A stretch of 63,849 bases of DNA, filler included, from Choristocarpus tenellus KU-1152 (lineage: Eukaryota; Protista; Phaeophyceae): NCBI GenBank assembly GCA_964200185.2. It is 11 parts of 11 records of this genome, joined end to end, with 100 filler letters (N's around TTAATTAATTAA, not from the genome) between each part and the next. Parts side by side here need not be neighbours in the genome. Positions count along the whole stretch, not along the records: positions 1 to 4,431 come from CAXNAD020014583.1; positions 4,532 to 8,671 come from CAXNAD020016014.1; positions 8,772 to 25,930 come from CAXNAD020000714.1; 8 more parts are not named here. One strand, 5' to 3'. The first letter of the stretch is position 1; the number at the start of each line of letters is the position of its first letter. The notes below the pieces were generated by a model. That model was not told where the DNA came from. It saw only the letters and a program-made list of their open reading frames with translations, and ran no database searches. Shown here piece after piece: positions 1 to 12,063 of the stretch. A program made the position numbers and the translations under genes.

Positions 1-1005
1 CCTTGCTATCCTCCTCAACCAACCCCCCTTCTGGTGCAGCCCTGACAGTTGTACCAGCCGCCAAAGAAAACATCTCCCTGGGCGTATAACATACGACATG
101 TGAAATAGTCGGCCCAACAACACCCATACCTCCTTCACCCTGACTACCGACTTCGACTCTGGTCACTCCCCTAACAACGACTTTAGCCCCTTCAACTTTC
201 CCTCTGGTAGGGCAATGGTCATCTTTTCTGTGTCTATCCTCCATCCTACCACTGCCTGTGTAGTATGCCATCCTGCCAATTTTCTTGCTGACAAAATGAG
301 GGGTTCGTCTATGTCTCTCTGGCCTAGCAAACGTATGTGGTCGGAGACTAAAGAATTTGTTGCTAGCTTCAGTCTCCGCCCATCTTCAAACCATTGGAAC
401 TCTACCAAGATGCTATCATCTGCATACATTCTGGCAAAAAAAGGGTCCTCCACCCCCCCCCTTCTATTTCCTGCACCTTCCATGTCTCATCTACGGCACA
501 AACCTCCCTCTTGCCCTCCTGTTGTGAGTGTGTTACACCTACCGCAATCCTTTCTGCTTCTTTGAGAACTACTGTCGACTTGGGATCTGTATGACAGTGT
601 GAAATTCTAGGGCACTTGCTAATAAGTCCCACCACCCTGGGCTATTCCTCCACCCAAATTGGAGTCTAAAATCAATCACCAGCAAGTCTCCCACACAATA
701 TCCAAACTTTGCTGCCCCTTATGGTTCTACTGGTACTTGGCGAAAGATATTCTTAACATCCATCTTACTAATCATAATTCTCGCCCTAGGGAACTTCTTC
801 CTTAATCCCACAATCCTCCGAATCACGTCTTCTAGAACTGTTCCACAATGTACTGGGGGGGCATCCGCTAACTCTGTTTGGTCATTCACATTCGGCCCTC
901 AACTCTCTTGCTGGTATGACAAATCATGAATGATCCTTACCTTCGTGGGTTGTTGTATGACTCCAACTGGGGACACCTGTAATCCTGGAATCTTCCCCCA
1001 TATCC
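1..1005 (-). pseudogene. Reverse transcriptase (DIRS/Ngaro type), disrupted
   Basis: YADD catalytic motif plus KMDVKNIFRQ and LQFGWRNSPG motifs; in-frame stops and a frameshift near 600-480. Confidence 0.8.
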
Positions 1006-3231
1006 TTTTTGGAAACACCAATGCTCTACCCTAGGTCACGTGACTCACTACCTTTTCTAGAAGGGCCTTCTTTCTACTTCTTGCAATCGCGTGGTTTCCA
1101 TACTCTAGTCTCTCCTCAACGCTGCCTATTCCTCCTACACCCACTGGTACTCCCCTGTTCACTACCTGTTAGATTTTCTCTATCTGTGGGAACCCAACCT
1201 TTTTCCCAAAGTGGTCACTAATCTTCTCCCAATTCAACCGTTTTGGGCTCCATCTTTCCCCTAACCTATCCACTAGTGTTACCAAATCCCCCCCACACTC
1301 TCCTAGTAATGCTTCCCCCTTCATTACCAAACCCTTCAGTCTCTTCACTAACGTTACCCAATCCTTTTCTCCTTTCCAATTCTCCCATGCTCTCAACCAA
1401 TCTTCAAATTCTTCCTTCATTCCCCCTCCCCCTCTCCCTCTACCTTTAAGTGTCCGGCGTATTGACCCTGGCGTTGGAATCCCTGACGCCTCTTGCCTAT
1501 GTTGTGGTAGTCTTGACGTCCATTGGTCTCTTCCTACCGGCCCACCTCGGGGAGGGGTGGGCCCGCGTCTTCATGGGTCTTTCTTTGTAGACTTGGTATC
1601 GATCCGGTCTTCCTTCTCCTTCTCTTCTTCACCTTCTTTGAAATAGTCGTACACTTGCAAAAACCATTTCTGTTTAAGAAGTCACACTCCTATCCTGCCT
1701 TCCACGCAAAACATGGGTTGTAGGTCCTTCCCCCCCCTTTTGAGACCCCTGCTCCATTCCTGTCCTCAGCTCTGGGATATTTTGAAGTTCTTGTCTCCCC
1801 CCATGTCCCCGCCCTCTTGATGGAACGGGACCGGGACTCAGTGCTATATAGGACAGGCAGCATGTTCTTTGCCTGACCCAATGTCGTTTCCAAACATGTG
1901 AAGTTAGGGCTCGGAGGGAGTGGTATCCACGTGTCACGGGGAGGCAGTGCATTAAATTTGTTCCCTATGGTGTCTGCTGCTGCGGCTATCGTTTTCTCCC
2001 AGCACTGTAGATCCTACCCCACTGCTCTAAAAATCAGTTCAACGATCCTGGGACTCTCTAGTAACGTGGGTTTGTTGGCACCACAAAACATTCGTACCTT
2101 ACACCTCGCCTCTTCCAGGTCCTCAATCACCTTTGCTCTCCTCCTCTGTCCTGGATTCCAACTGTCTCCATACCTACACAGTCTCAACATTGCTGCCACA
2201 AAACAGTCGAAATTGTCGGGCAGTTCGTAGTCCCCTTTGCATGTCTTTCTCCCCAGTTCCCCCCTCGGTATGTAGTCCTTAATTGTAAATGCTGCCAGGT
2301 TTTCCATCTGCTTTGCCACCTCTTCTGTGACGCCCGTTGTTTCTTCTACTATGCGTTGTAGCTCATGCTGTGTCGATCTCGCATTGCCCGTTTTTATGAA
2401 TAAGTGAATGAATCCGTGGAGTACGAAGTACTTCCTCACTTCGACTCTGTTCCATGCCCGGATCATAGACTTCTCCTTTATTCTCGGCGCCATTGTTGTC
2501 GATGATATCGCGTTTCCTTCCACCGTCGATCCTGCTCCCCTTCCCATCCCTCTGTCCCCCCCTCCCCCTTCTGATTTCTGTGATCAGCATAGTTCTTGTA
2601 ATATCTCCATCACCATGTCCATCCTTTCTGCTAGCTTTGATATCATTGTTCTGGTCCTGGACTTGACTAGATTCCGCTTCACTCCTGTTCTCTCTCTCGT
2701 CTTCTTCTTCTGCTCCTTTTCTCTCTTCCTCCCCCCTTTTGAGGAAACCCATCTCTCGTTGTGCCCTCTCGATCTGCGGTTGCATCCTCTCACCGCCATT
2801 GTTCCCACATCCTCTTCATTTTCCTTCCATCCCTTCTCTTCTTCCCACCCTTCCATTGTTTCCTTCCCGTCCTTTCCCCCTTCTTTTCCGTCGTTTCCCA
2901 TCAGATCTTCCCACCTTGTCTTGTTCCTTTCATCTTTGTCCTCTCTCCTATCCACCGTCTTTTGTTACTCGGACAAGACGCTTGCTCGGAGGTTGCCTTG
3001 GTCTCCCCTCCTCGTCTCGTACCCTTGGCCTTCTTTCCTTTTATCACTGACTGGATGCTGATCTTCCCCTTATCTACCACTTATTTCCATTAACCCTTTC
3101 TTCCCTTCCTTAACTATCCGTTCTCTTCCTGCTTCCTTCTTTTCTTTCCCCTGCCCACGCTTGTCCTGTGCCCCCAGCCAACCAGAATTCTTCCGCCCAC
3201 AAAGCTCAGATTACTTCATAAACTCTCACTT
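1..3231 (-). mobile_element. Degenerate DIRS/Ngaro-like (tyrosine-recombinase class) retrotransposon, copy 1: gag-like region plus RT; runs off the window start
   Basis: The minus strand at ~1005-600 reads SPVGVIQQPTKVRIIHDLS..*..ISKMDVKNIFRQVPVEP*GAAKFGY..IDFRLQFGWRNSPGWW. At 483-163 it reads ARMYADD..VVGWRIDTEKMTIALPEGKL, and below 160 LLGRLFHMSYVIRPGRCFLWRL. These are DIRS/Ngaro-type RT motifs with stops and frameshifts. Upstream gag-like ORFs lie at 2014-2955. The YR and RNase H regions are not in the window. Confidence 0.8.
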
Positions 3232-3377
3232 GTTGACTCTTTTCCTGAGTGATCTTCTGAGGGATTGCTCTCCCTCTTTGACTTTGTCTCTCTTTGACCT
3301 TTCCTCCTGTGTGGGTCTCCCCGCTCCCCTTCATTCGAAGAACCTGTCGGCCTGTTTCCACCTGTTTCACATAATAA

Positions 3378-4358
3378 AAGTGAAAGTTTATGAAGTAATC
3401 TGAGTTTTGTGGTCGGAAGAATTCTGGTTGGCTGGGGGCACAGGACGAGGGAGGCAGTGGAAAGAAAAAGAAGGAAGCAGGAAGAGAACGAATAGTTAAG
3501 GAAGGGGAGAAGAGTTAAGTGGAAACGAGTGGTAAGGAGAGGATAGAAGCAGAGTTCAGTAAGTAATAAGAAGGCTGAGAATCAGGGATACAGGATGAGG
3601 AGGGGAGACCAAGGCAACCTCCGAGCAACAGTGAAATACGGATACCACTCCCCCCAAGCCCTCGTTTCCCATGTTTAGAGACAATGTTGGGTCAGGCCAA
3701 GAATATGCTACCTGCCCTATACAGCACTGAGTCCCGCTCTCGATCATTGAAGAGGGCGGGGGACATGGGGGGAGACAAAAGAGCGTCCAAGTCCCCCCAG
3801 ACCAGACGAGAGACAGAGGGCAGGAGTTTCGAAGGGGGGGGGGAAGGACATACAACCCGTGCTTTGCGTGGAAGGTGGGACAAGAATGCGACTTCCTCAA
3901 AAGAAATAGATACTGCAAATACGACCACTTCTAAGAAGAAGAAGAAAAGGGAAAGGACGACCAGACGGACGTCAAGCCTACAAAGAAAGACCCATGAAGA
4001 TGCGGGCCCATCCCCCCAAGGGGTGAGCCGGCAGAACGAGACCAATGGACGTCAGTACTACCACAACATAGGCAGGGGACGTCAGGGATTCCAACACCGG
4101 GGTCCATATGCCGGACCATAAAAGGTAGAGGGGGAAGGGAAGGGGGAGAGATTGGTGAGTTTGGAGATTGGTTGAGGGCATGGGGAAACTGGAAAAGAGA
4201 AAAGGATTGGGTAAGGTTAGTGAAGGAATTGAATGATTTAGCGATGAAAGGGGAAGAATTACTAGGAATGTGCGGGGGAGATTTGGGAACACTAGTGGAT
4301 AGATTGGGGGAAAGGTGGAGTCCAAAAATGTTGAACTGGGGAAAGATTGATGACCATT
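3378..4358 (+). mobile_element. Second, diverged and internally deleted copy of the same DIRS/Ngaro-like element, inverted relative to copy 1
   Basis: 3378-3628 is the reverse complement of ~2982-3231, and 3639-4358 is the reverse complement of ~1212-1929. The ORFs share LGQAKNMLP.LYSTESRSRS and RAW.NWK.EKDWV..VDRLGERWSPK. Confidence 0.85.
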
Positions 4359-4431
4359 CTAACAGCCGATCACCAAAATTGAGGATGGAGCATACTATGG
4401 AGGATGAGTTTGACCCAAAAGGGTGTGCGGA
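4359..4431 (+). mobile_element. Terminus of repeat family B (CTAACAG..AAATTGAGGATGGAGC..), truncated at the linker
   Basis: Closely similar to 44682-44757 and to the reverse complement of ~33180-33253. Confidence 0.6.
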
Positions 4432-4531
4432 NNNNNNNNNNNNNNNNNNNNNNNNNNNNNNNNNNNNNNNNNNNNTTAATTAATTAANNNNNNNNNNNNN
4501 NNNNNNNNNNNNNNNNNNNNNNNNNNNNNNN
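4432..4531. other. Artificial assembly linker N44-TTAATTAATTAA-N44; also at 8672-8771, 25931-26030, 29481-29580, 32995-33094, 35959-36058, 38866-38965, 44758-44857, 56211-56310 and 59399-59498
   Basis: The same 100-bp structure occurs ten times, and the 12-mer gives stop codons in all six frames. Confidence 0.97.
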
Positions 4532-4586
4532 GTCCAAATGGACACCCTGGTGTAGACCCCCCCCCCCCTCCCAGACACTTTGGGTC
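4532..4586. mobile_element. Family-A MITE end, truncated at the linker
   Basis: CAAATGGACACCCTGGTGTAGACCCC..CCAGACACTTTGGGTC matches the terminus of the full copies. Confidence 0.75.
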
Positions 4587-4843
4587 AAAGACATTGTTCT
4601 TCCATCTTCAACCTCATGTTTTTAATTGGTGCAACAATGGTGTCTCTGACCTTATCAGGGGTGTACAAATTTGAAGCGATCACGCCTTTGATTGCACCAA
4701 CATTAGGTGTTGTCACTGTACAAGTCCTGTCCACTTCTCTCCCACCTCCCATTCCCTCACTCATCCCTTTCCTCCACCACACGGAGAAGCACATACCGGA
4801 CAGAATATTCCTAAGCTATGCTTACAAACCATGCAATGCTCAG

Positions 4844-7800
4844 GCCAGGGGAATGGAAGATTCTCTTTAGGCGCATGTTCAAGGTTCAGTCCCCGACTGT
4901 AACTTCAGTGCAACAAGAAGGGGAGGGGTCCACACCAGGACATCAACACAATGACAGGTAGTGTACCTCAATAGTCACTGTATTGTACCGTAGTGTACCT
5001 CAGACTACTCAGAATACATAGTAAGTCGGAAAACGTTAATGACCTTGTCCTCGTTGTCCTTCTTACGTTGCATCTTCACCTATCCATAAGCTTAGCAAGT
5101 GATTACGAGTACAAATGTTGCTGCTGCCAATCTGGAGATGGAAAGATGAATCTTTATCTGTTACGGAGATTCGGAACATAATATAGGGGCAATCTTATTA
5201 TTCTAGGCTCTCGTTCTCGTCTATTCTATTTCTGAGAATTTTCCAGAAGTACCTGTGCACCTCACTGTGGATAGGATTACCTGGAGAGAGCCGAGGTATT
5301 ATCTACTCAACAACAGTGTGTGCATGATGCAGTCATCAATATGTTGTGGTATATGGGGAGTCCCTCAAACTGCTCTTTGTCCCTTCGCTCCCCGACAAGT
5401 TCCCCCGCCCTCAACTACAATGCCATGTTCATTTCTCTTGGTCAAAGTTTCTGCACAAGTCATAGGGTTCCCCCTGTGTTCATGTGTATCCCTTGCTCTG
5501 CAGAGTATGAATCGAAGCTTCTACCTTGTGCCTTGTCTTCCCATTCTTAATCACATCTGTAAGTGATGGGACGCCAATGATAGAAAGGGATCCAATGCTA
5601 CCAATGGAAGCAAATGAGGTTGACTCCACAATGCTGAGGGTCATTTTGCATCTACCTGATCAAGACGTACACCGTTCGATACGCCTTGTCATTTTAGACA
5701 ATGACACTGATGAGGAGAATGTGCAGCCTATGCTCCACACCAACTGGATTACCCTGAGGCCTAATGTTTCCGGCTATACACTGCTGGCCACTGCTTACAG
5801 CAGGTGAAAAAACACTCTATTTCCCCCTTCCTATCTCCATGTTAACCTTCGCTACACCATAGACCCAACAGGTCATACTTGGTGTAGATGTCCCGTACAG
5901 TACAAGCAAGGAGCCCTGTGAAGAGGCTTCATCACTGAGTGTTTTTTGGTAGAGCCATATGTATGTTTATGGGAAGATTGGGGAGTAGGACTGGTTGAGG
6001 GGTGAATGCGCCCTATCGGCTATATACAACACATTCACAACAATACTATGGTGTAGCAATTTTTTTTTTACCATGTGCCCCACCTCTCAATACTGGTCAT
6101 TGACAAGTATCTATGAACTGCTTTGGAGTGCATCTGTTACAGTATGTCCCTGGTTTCCGGGGAAAAACTTTCCAGTTTTTCCATCAAAACCCCTCAATGG
6201 GATAATTTTGGTACCAATCCACACCTCACCCCAATATTTTGACCCCTCTCAAGCTGCAATACCTCATCATAAGACAAGAGGAGTAGAGCTCTACTGGAGT
6301 GTAGCATTTGACGAATCTGAAGTCGTTCCCATAGTAGGCAATCATGCTAACGCTGCAGATATTGAGCATCTAGTTTGTGCTCAACCACATCCTCTAAGTA
6401 GGAAAATAATCCTCTTATCCCCATTTCTCTCTTGCAGTTATCAGCGTGATCCCTAGCTACAACATGCCTGTATTCTTACCTTTCAACAAAAGCCATACCA
6501 TCCTCCTTGGTTCAACTTAATTATGTCGACTCCCCCACCTTCTCCCTGACTTTACATGTCATCCATCCCCTTCAACCAATGTCAATATTCGAGAGATTCA
6601 AACCATTACCCCAAGGAGACTGGCGCCTCCAAATACTGAGCGATAAACCACTGGCTCCATTCCTGGCAGCTTCTGCTGACAGTGCGATCGTTGATGAGGC
6701 CGGAGAGGACATGGTGTGGACCTCCTTGGAATGTGGTGTCAGGACTGTCTTTGGAGGGTTCTACGTTCCAAACAAATACTGTCGCTTGTTCAGGTTACTA
6801 CTATCACATCAATGCATCTGTTTGTTTGCAGGGACTCATTGGTCACCATTACCTTCAGTAGAATCGGTGCCATTACTACTTTGTCTATCCATTACGGGAA
6901 CAATAACTTGACAGGGTTCAGTTACATATTATGAGACAGTTTGTTTGTTTTTCCTTCCCTTTCAGCAGTGTTCCAAAGCACTTCTTCAAGTACACTGATA
7001 TTCTTGGTGATCTTTCTACACAGTGCCCACCCATACAAGGATGCATTGCGCAGGAAAGTTAGGCCCCATTGTCAACTAGTTTTGTGTTGTTCTTGAGTGC
7101 ATTACAACCTTTTTTTCCGGAAAAAGACTAAAATGTCGGTGATGCCCTCTCAAGTTTTTGGTTGAGCAAATTGAAATTCTTGATCTTCTTAAGTATTACT
7201 AGCCATTCCGATCAAACTAGCTCAACCAACATTTTTTGCTCAAAATTATCCTATGGCGGCATTGTATGTTAACTTTCTATGGAGACCAAGATGGAATTTT
7301 GTGCAATATTGCAAGGCTCCAAATCATTACCTTGCAAGCAGTACAAGTAGTAAAAAAAAATATGTAAGTATTTCCTTTCAGTCGGAGTTTAGACATTTGC
7401 TTTATTTCACAACGAACAGCTCAAAATGATCAGGCTAAGGCAAACTAGAACTCACGATACCCTCATAAAATCGATATTGCTCAATATATAGCACTATTTC
7501 CACAGAAGATAGTTTGTCAGTGATCCATTTCGTTCTGCTTTCTCCAATCAAATTTGAACCAGGCAGGGACAACCCCAACAGACATTACAACAATCACATG
7601 CATTGCTACTCGGTGACATTGTTTGTTCCAACTGTTGTTGATACCTCCGGGAACTGAAACAGGGGAGAGATAGTCTACCATCCCACCAACCAAATGTGAA
7701 ATTTAACTTTCTTGCCAACAGGAACATCAGTGGTTATAGAAAGGCGATGAGTCGTAGCCATGTAAAATTGAACATATAATTCCAAAGACATCAATGCAGA

Positions 7801-8035
7801 GAAGGTTCCTCCACTTAATACTACCACGACGCCTCCTGCTAATCCACAAAACACTTTACTTTAATGACTGAACCACACACCCTCGGCACGTCTCAGGGAT
7901 GTCCTCTCCTGCAAATCATCTGTGCCTCTGGCGATACGACTGAGATGTTCGCAGCCAGTATGCCTTCGTGTCGTGCTGATGGATCAAAACTCGCAGAAGG
8001 TCATGATGACCAAGAGAGGGCAACAGATGATTCAG
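4844..8035 (+). CDS. ADGB: Androglobin-like protein, internal fragment (post-globin region); exons 4844-4957, 5564-5803, 6596-6793, 7897-8035
   Basis: Phase-consistent GT-AG splicing gives PGEWKILFRRMFKV..IRLVILDNDTDEE..LRPNVSGYTLLATAYSRFKPLPQGDWRLQILS..GFYVPNKYCRLFRDVLSCKSSVPLAIRLRCS..LRVVLMD. This is collinear with recalled androglobin motifs (W-x-x-FR-x-x-F-x-V; NNDT; NKKGYT; W-x-L-x-L; Y-x-PN-x-x-x-x-FR). The 5' and 3' parts are missing. Confidence 0.72.
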
Positions 8036-8349
8036 GTGTATGTGGTTTATGATGGATATTACTTCGAAGCATCAGGCTTGCTGGCTGTACTACCACTGTC
8101 GCGTAGTGATCAAGTCCGAAACGATATCAGAATGCTCGATGTGGATGGAATTTTTGGAATGAGAATGACAGAGAACCCACATCACATCTCTGTTTCACAA
8201 TATATCCTTTTCTCGGGTTTTATAGAGGTGAAAACTTACAAAACTGTTTTTCTAAGGTTTTGAGACTGGCCCTGGCATTGTAGACATCCTTTGATCCTGT
8301 CTCACCCCTCTCATTCCCCTGTTTGTTGTCTTCATCATTTCAAATATGT

Positions 8350-8531
8350 GGCTCAAAGTATCCGGGGGTGGGGGTGGCAGCTGTCCATTTGGCGTCAATT
8401 TCTTCATGTCAAGATTTTTGGGTGATTTGGTTGCATACGTCGGATGGATACTGTAAATGCACTTTTCTTGGTTTCGGTCCAAATGGACACACTGGTGCAG
8501 ACCCCCCCCCCCTCTCCAGATACTTTGGGTC
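8350..8531. mobile_element. Family-A MITE (~180 bp)
   Basis: TIRs GGCTCAAAGTATCCGGGG..CCAGATACTTTGGGTC; the body matches the copies at 17556, 31138 and 31978. Confidence 0.85.
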
Positions 8532-8583
8532 TGTATTTTGAGGGGAACTGCTGAGCAGCCTTGTACAGGATAAAACTCATTTA

Positions 8584-8671
8584 GGCTCAAAGTATCCGGG
8601 GGGGGGGGGGGGGGGGGGGGGGGGCGTCCTTTTGCGTCTTTTTTTTTTATTTTGGGGTGTTTGGGTGGTTT
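8584..8671. mobile_element. Family-A MITE start, truncated at the linker
   Basis: GGCTCAAAGTATCCGG followed by poly-G. Confidence 0.7.
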
Positions 8672-8771
8672 NNNNNNNNNNNNNNNNNNNNNNNNNNNNN
8701 NNNNNNNNNNNNNNNTTAATTAATTAANNNNNNNNNNNNNNNNNNNNNNNNNNNNNNNNNNNNNNNNNNNN

Positions 8772-11700
8772 GTAGACCGCTGTGTCTTTTGCATGGGGCG
8801 CCGCCGTCCATCCTCCCTTGCCACCTGATCCTCTCCCATCGACACATCACCACTAACACTCCCCACACCCCTCTCCCCTGGTCCCTCCCCTGCCGCAACC
8901 ATTACTCTCTTGGACCTGAGCAGCGCTTCCCTCGCTGAGAACATGACTGGATTGAGGACGCCGAGCCCCGCAAGCTTCTGGGGATTGCTTGTGAGAGTGG
9001 CTGAAAACAGCATCTTTCTCAGTGGCGGAGTGGACACCGTGGGTCCTCGGACTCGGGCCCCAGTTGCCAGGGGGCGCCCCCGAATTGTCACAGGCTCAAG
9101 TTGAATCCCAGAGGGAAATTGGAAAGGGGAGGGTTTATTACTGCGAGGGGAAGCTGTTTTGTGTGTATCTTCAGTCTTTGCATCAGAATGGGCAAGAGCA
9201 AGGGCAGGGGTCGAGAAGAGCTGTAGGTCTCCATTAACCACCCGAGAGACGGATCCAGGCTCTCTCCTAGAGCATGTCAAGCCATAGGTGGGAAAAAAAA
9301 GGGTCAAGAGGAACAGTTTAAAAAGTGAGAACAAAACAAAGAAATATATATATCAGTGTCAGGCAATGGAGGGATAGAGGTCCAATACAAGGGGGGATAC
9401 AGGATCTCATCGCCTTAGCTTCAACAAAGCACACTGAAGTACACTTATAGGTCAAAACCTGTCCCTCAACTAACCACTCCCTTCACCTGTAGGACGCAGC
9501 CAAGACTTTCCCCACCCAGCCCTGGTAGCTCTGGTTCAGTAGTCGATCTGCCTCATCAATGACAAGGTATCGGAGATGCTGCAGGGTGAAGCCTGGAGTC
9601 TGTGAAAGGTGGTCCATGAGTCTCCCTGGTGTAGCTACCACAATGTCCACCTGGGACAAAAGAATAACAACAAGGTGCAGGAAACGGAGCATGGTTGGAA
9701 TGGGACGGGAAAAGGAGATAGAGATATAATGCACTGAAGGTACATTCCAAAAGAACATCAACAGAGAAACGGCGTCCCACGTTGCCATCACTCCCCGAAC
9801 TGACAAAGAACCTTGTCCAACAGTCTAAATTCATCCACACACATCCTCCAAGCCAAAAAAGATTACAACAGCAAACACAGCCTCCAAAAATCTCTTGTAG
9901 CCCTCAACCACCTTTAGGCACACCAACCACATCGACCAAAAGCATGTCCTGAAGAGGCTGGGCTAGTTGGGCTCATTCACCTCACTAGCTCCCCCGGATG
10001 GAACTGATGTGGAATTCCCTGTCAAGCTGGGCCCTTGCCAAGAGACAGCTCCAGTCCCCCGAAGGGAACATGCTCTTGCAGCAGCCACAGGGTTTCCTGG
10101 AGAGATAAGGGGAGATGGTCAAAGGCTATTGGTTGGACGAAAGACAAGGGAGGGAAAGTGAAGGGGAAGGTGGGGATAGAAATGATGTCTAGATATTACA
10201 GCAGGTGAGGGTTCCTAGCTATCCTATCGAGTGAACCATGACACAAGCATTGCGGGATAAGCAGCGTTGTGGGAATGGAGCACATACACCACATCACAAT
10301 CTGATTGTTTAAACGAGCACAGGCCCACATTGAGTCGGCTTCTCCCTTGCAAGAGACACCTAGACAAGTCTGTTAATCATCCACACAGACTGCGAACCTC
10401 TACCTGCAAGAGCAAACCTCCCTACTAAGGATAGCTGTTCCTCCAAGAAGTTGGTCTGTCCAATGGCAAGCCCTACCCTGAGGCCAGTTCGTTCTGCATA
10501 CCGCTGAAAGACCTTGTGCACCTGCATAGCCAGGTCACGAGAAGGGAGAAGGACCAGTGCACGCAAGCGAACAACTCGCCTGCGCATAAGAGCCTGTGCG
10601 GGGAGGTGCAAGGAAGCGGCAGGGTGTTGTTGTCCTTTGTTGCATGCAGTTGATTTTAGGCCTGCAGTCAGCATCAGATACAAAATGTGCCACCAGTGTC
10701 AAGATCAAAAGTCCCTCATATCTCTGCGGGAATGACAACCCGCAAATGGATGCACCCATCCCATTGATTGTAGGGTTTCCTAAGTCAGCACTTCTAGCAA
10801 AGGATAAGGCTGGCCTGGACACTTAGTCATTGATTGCCATGATCGAAACAACGAGCCTCAAAAGAACTGAGTTTGGCAAATATTTGTATGTCTGCCAGAT
10901 TCCTAGGGTATTCACATAGGCTGCCATTAAACCTAGCCCTAGCCCGAAAGGAAACCTAGAGCTAGGTCATTCAATACAAAGTAATTTGACAGACACTTTC
11001 ATACCCAAAATCGCTACCCGAAAAACAGACACCTGGAGCACACCAAGAACGTAGACCAGCGTCTTGCCACTCCCAGTTGGAGCTGACACACAGATGTCCC
11101 TGCTCTGTACATGAGAGTGGCGTTCAGTTGCAACAATTTCCGGAACCACACGAACCTGATGGGATGGTAAGGATTTTAATTTTCAACTTGGGTAATATGG
11201 GGTGGGAATAACCAACACACCGATTCACAACATTATACGAAGGTGCTGGCGTTAGCGCCGTAAGATTCATCCCTTCAAATTCCTTTCCTATACCTGAATA
11301 GGGAAGAAGTGCTTCACTCCCTCCTCTCTGAGAGTCTGCGCAAGCCTTGCATCCAACCCCCACTCTTTTGCAACCTCTTCCATTGGGCGGCTGCCGTCTC
11401 CCTCCTCTTCGAAGTCCTCATCCTCCTCATGATGCCCTTGTCCTCCTCTATCCCCTTCATTGGCGCTATGAGCAACTGATGCTAAACTCTGCTGGTTCGA
11501 AACAACGCCATCTTCACCTTTGGAGCACTCTTCCTCCTCAACCTCCCCCTGGTCGTGGTCGTAAGGGTCTATGACCTTCTGAACAGAGAACAGCTCGGAT
11601 AGTGATGTGAGAGGACGATCTTCTCCGGGCCCCGAACTCGCTTCGCTTTCTGAATCCTCCTCGGAAGAAGCTGACAACTCATCCTTGGGCTCTTTCAACG

Positions 11701-11884
11701 CGTTGGTGTTGACCTTGTCGATGCCACTACCCTCTGTGTCACACCGTCCCTGCTTCACCATTGCTCTTGCTTTGGCACGCTTCAGGATGCTTTCCAGCGC
11801 CCTTTTCCTGGATCCTTTCGATTCATCGGCTGTTGATGATTCTTCTTCCTCGCCCCCAGCATTCCAACGCTCGACCTTGAACAT
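8772..11884 (-). CDS. DDX51: DEAD-box RNA helicase DDX51/Dbp6, 5' part; exons 11884-11294, 11155-11033, 10593-10404, 10096-9981, 9650-9487, 9266-(8772)
   Basis: Q motif FFPIQ, motif [14 protein letters not shown], Ia [13 protein letters not shown], Ib [31 protein letters not shown] and [20 protein letters not shown], a set typical of DDX51/Dbp6. All splice sites are GT-AG and in phase. The RecA2 half is lost at the linker. Confidence 0.92.
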
Positions 11885-12063
11885 CGTTACACTCTTGTCT
11901 CACTTAGAGATTGAACCAACAACTTCATGAGAGGTGACCAACAAAGGGTCTATAAAGCGTTTGTTGGCGTCGGTGCAACCTCCACTCCATCACCCTGTCC
12001 TATTTATAAGAATGTAGTGCAAGTGAACAGTAGAGACCAACCACATTCCGACGGTTCGAAAAA
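11885..12063. promoter_or_regulatory. Putative bidirectional promoter between DDX51 and the RbcX-like gene
   Basis: Only 179 bp separate the divergent ATGs at 11884 and 12064; TATAAA lies at ~11951. Confidence 0.45.

Noticed and set aside
2408-3093. Long + strand S/P/F/L-rich ORFs
   Set aside because: These are antisense shadows of the purine-rich retroelement strand.
4476-4487. Recurrent TTAATTAATTAA as a biological motif or PacI-site array
   Set aside because: It is always centred in N44 padding, so it is an artificial linker.
6832-6934. Alternative terminal androglobin exon (RDSLVTITFSR..)
   Set aside because: It needs a 38-nt intron and ends homology early; the exon at 7897 continues the family pattern better.
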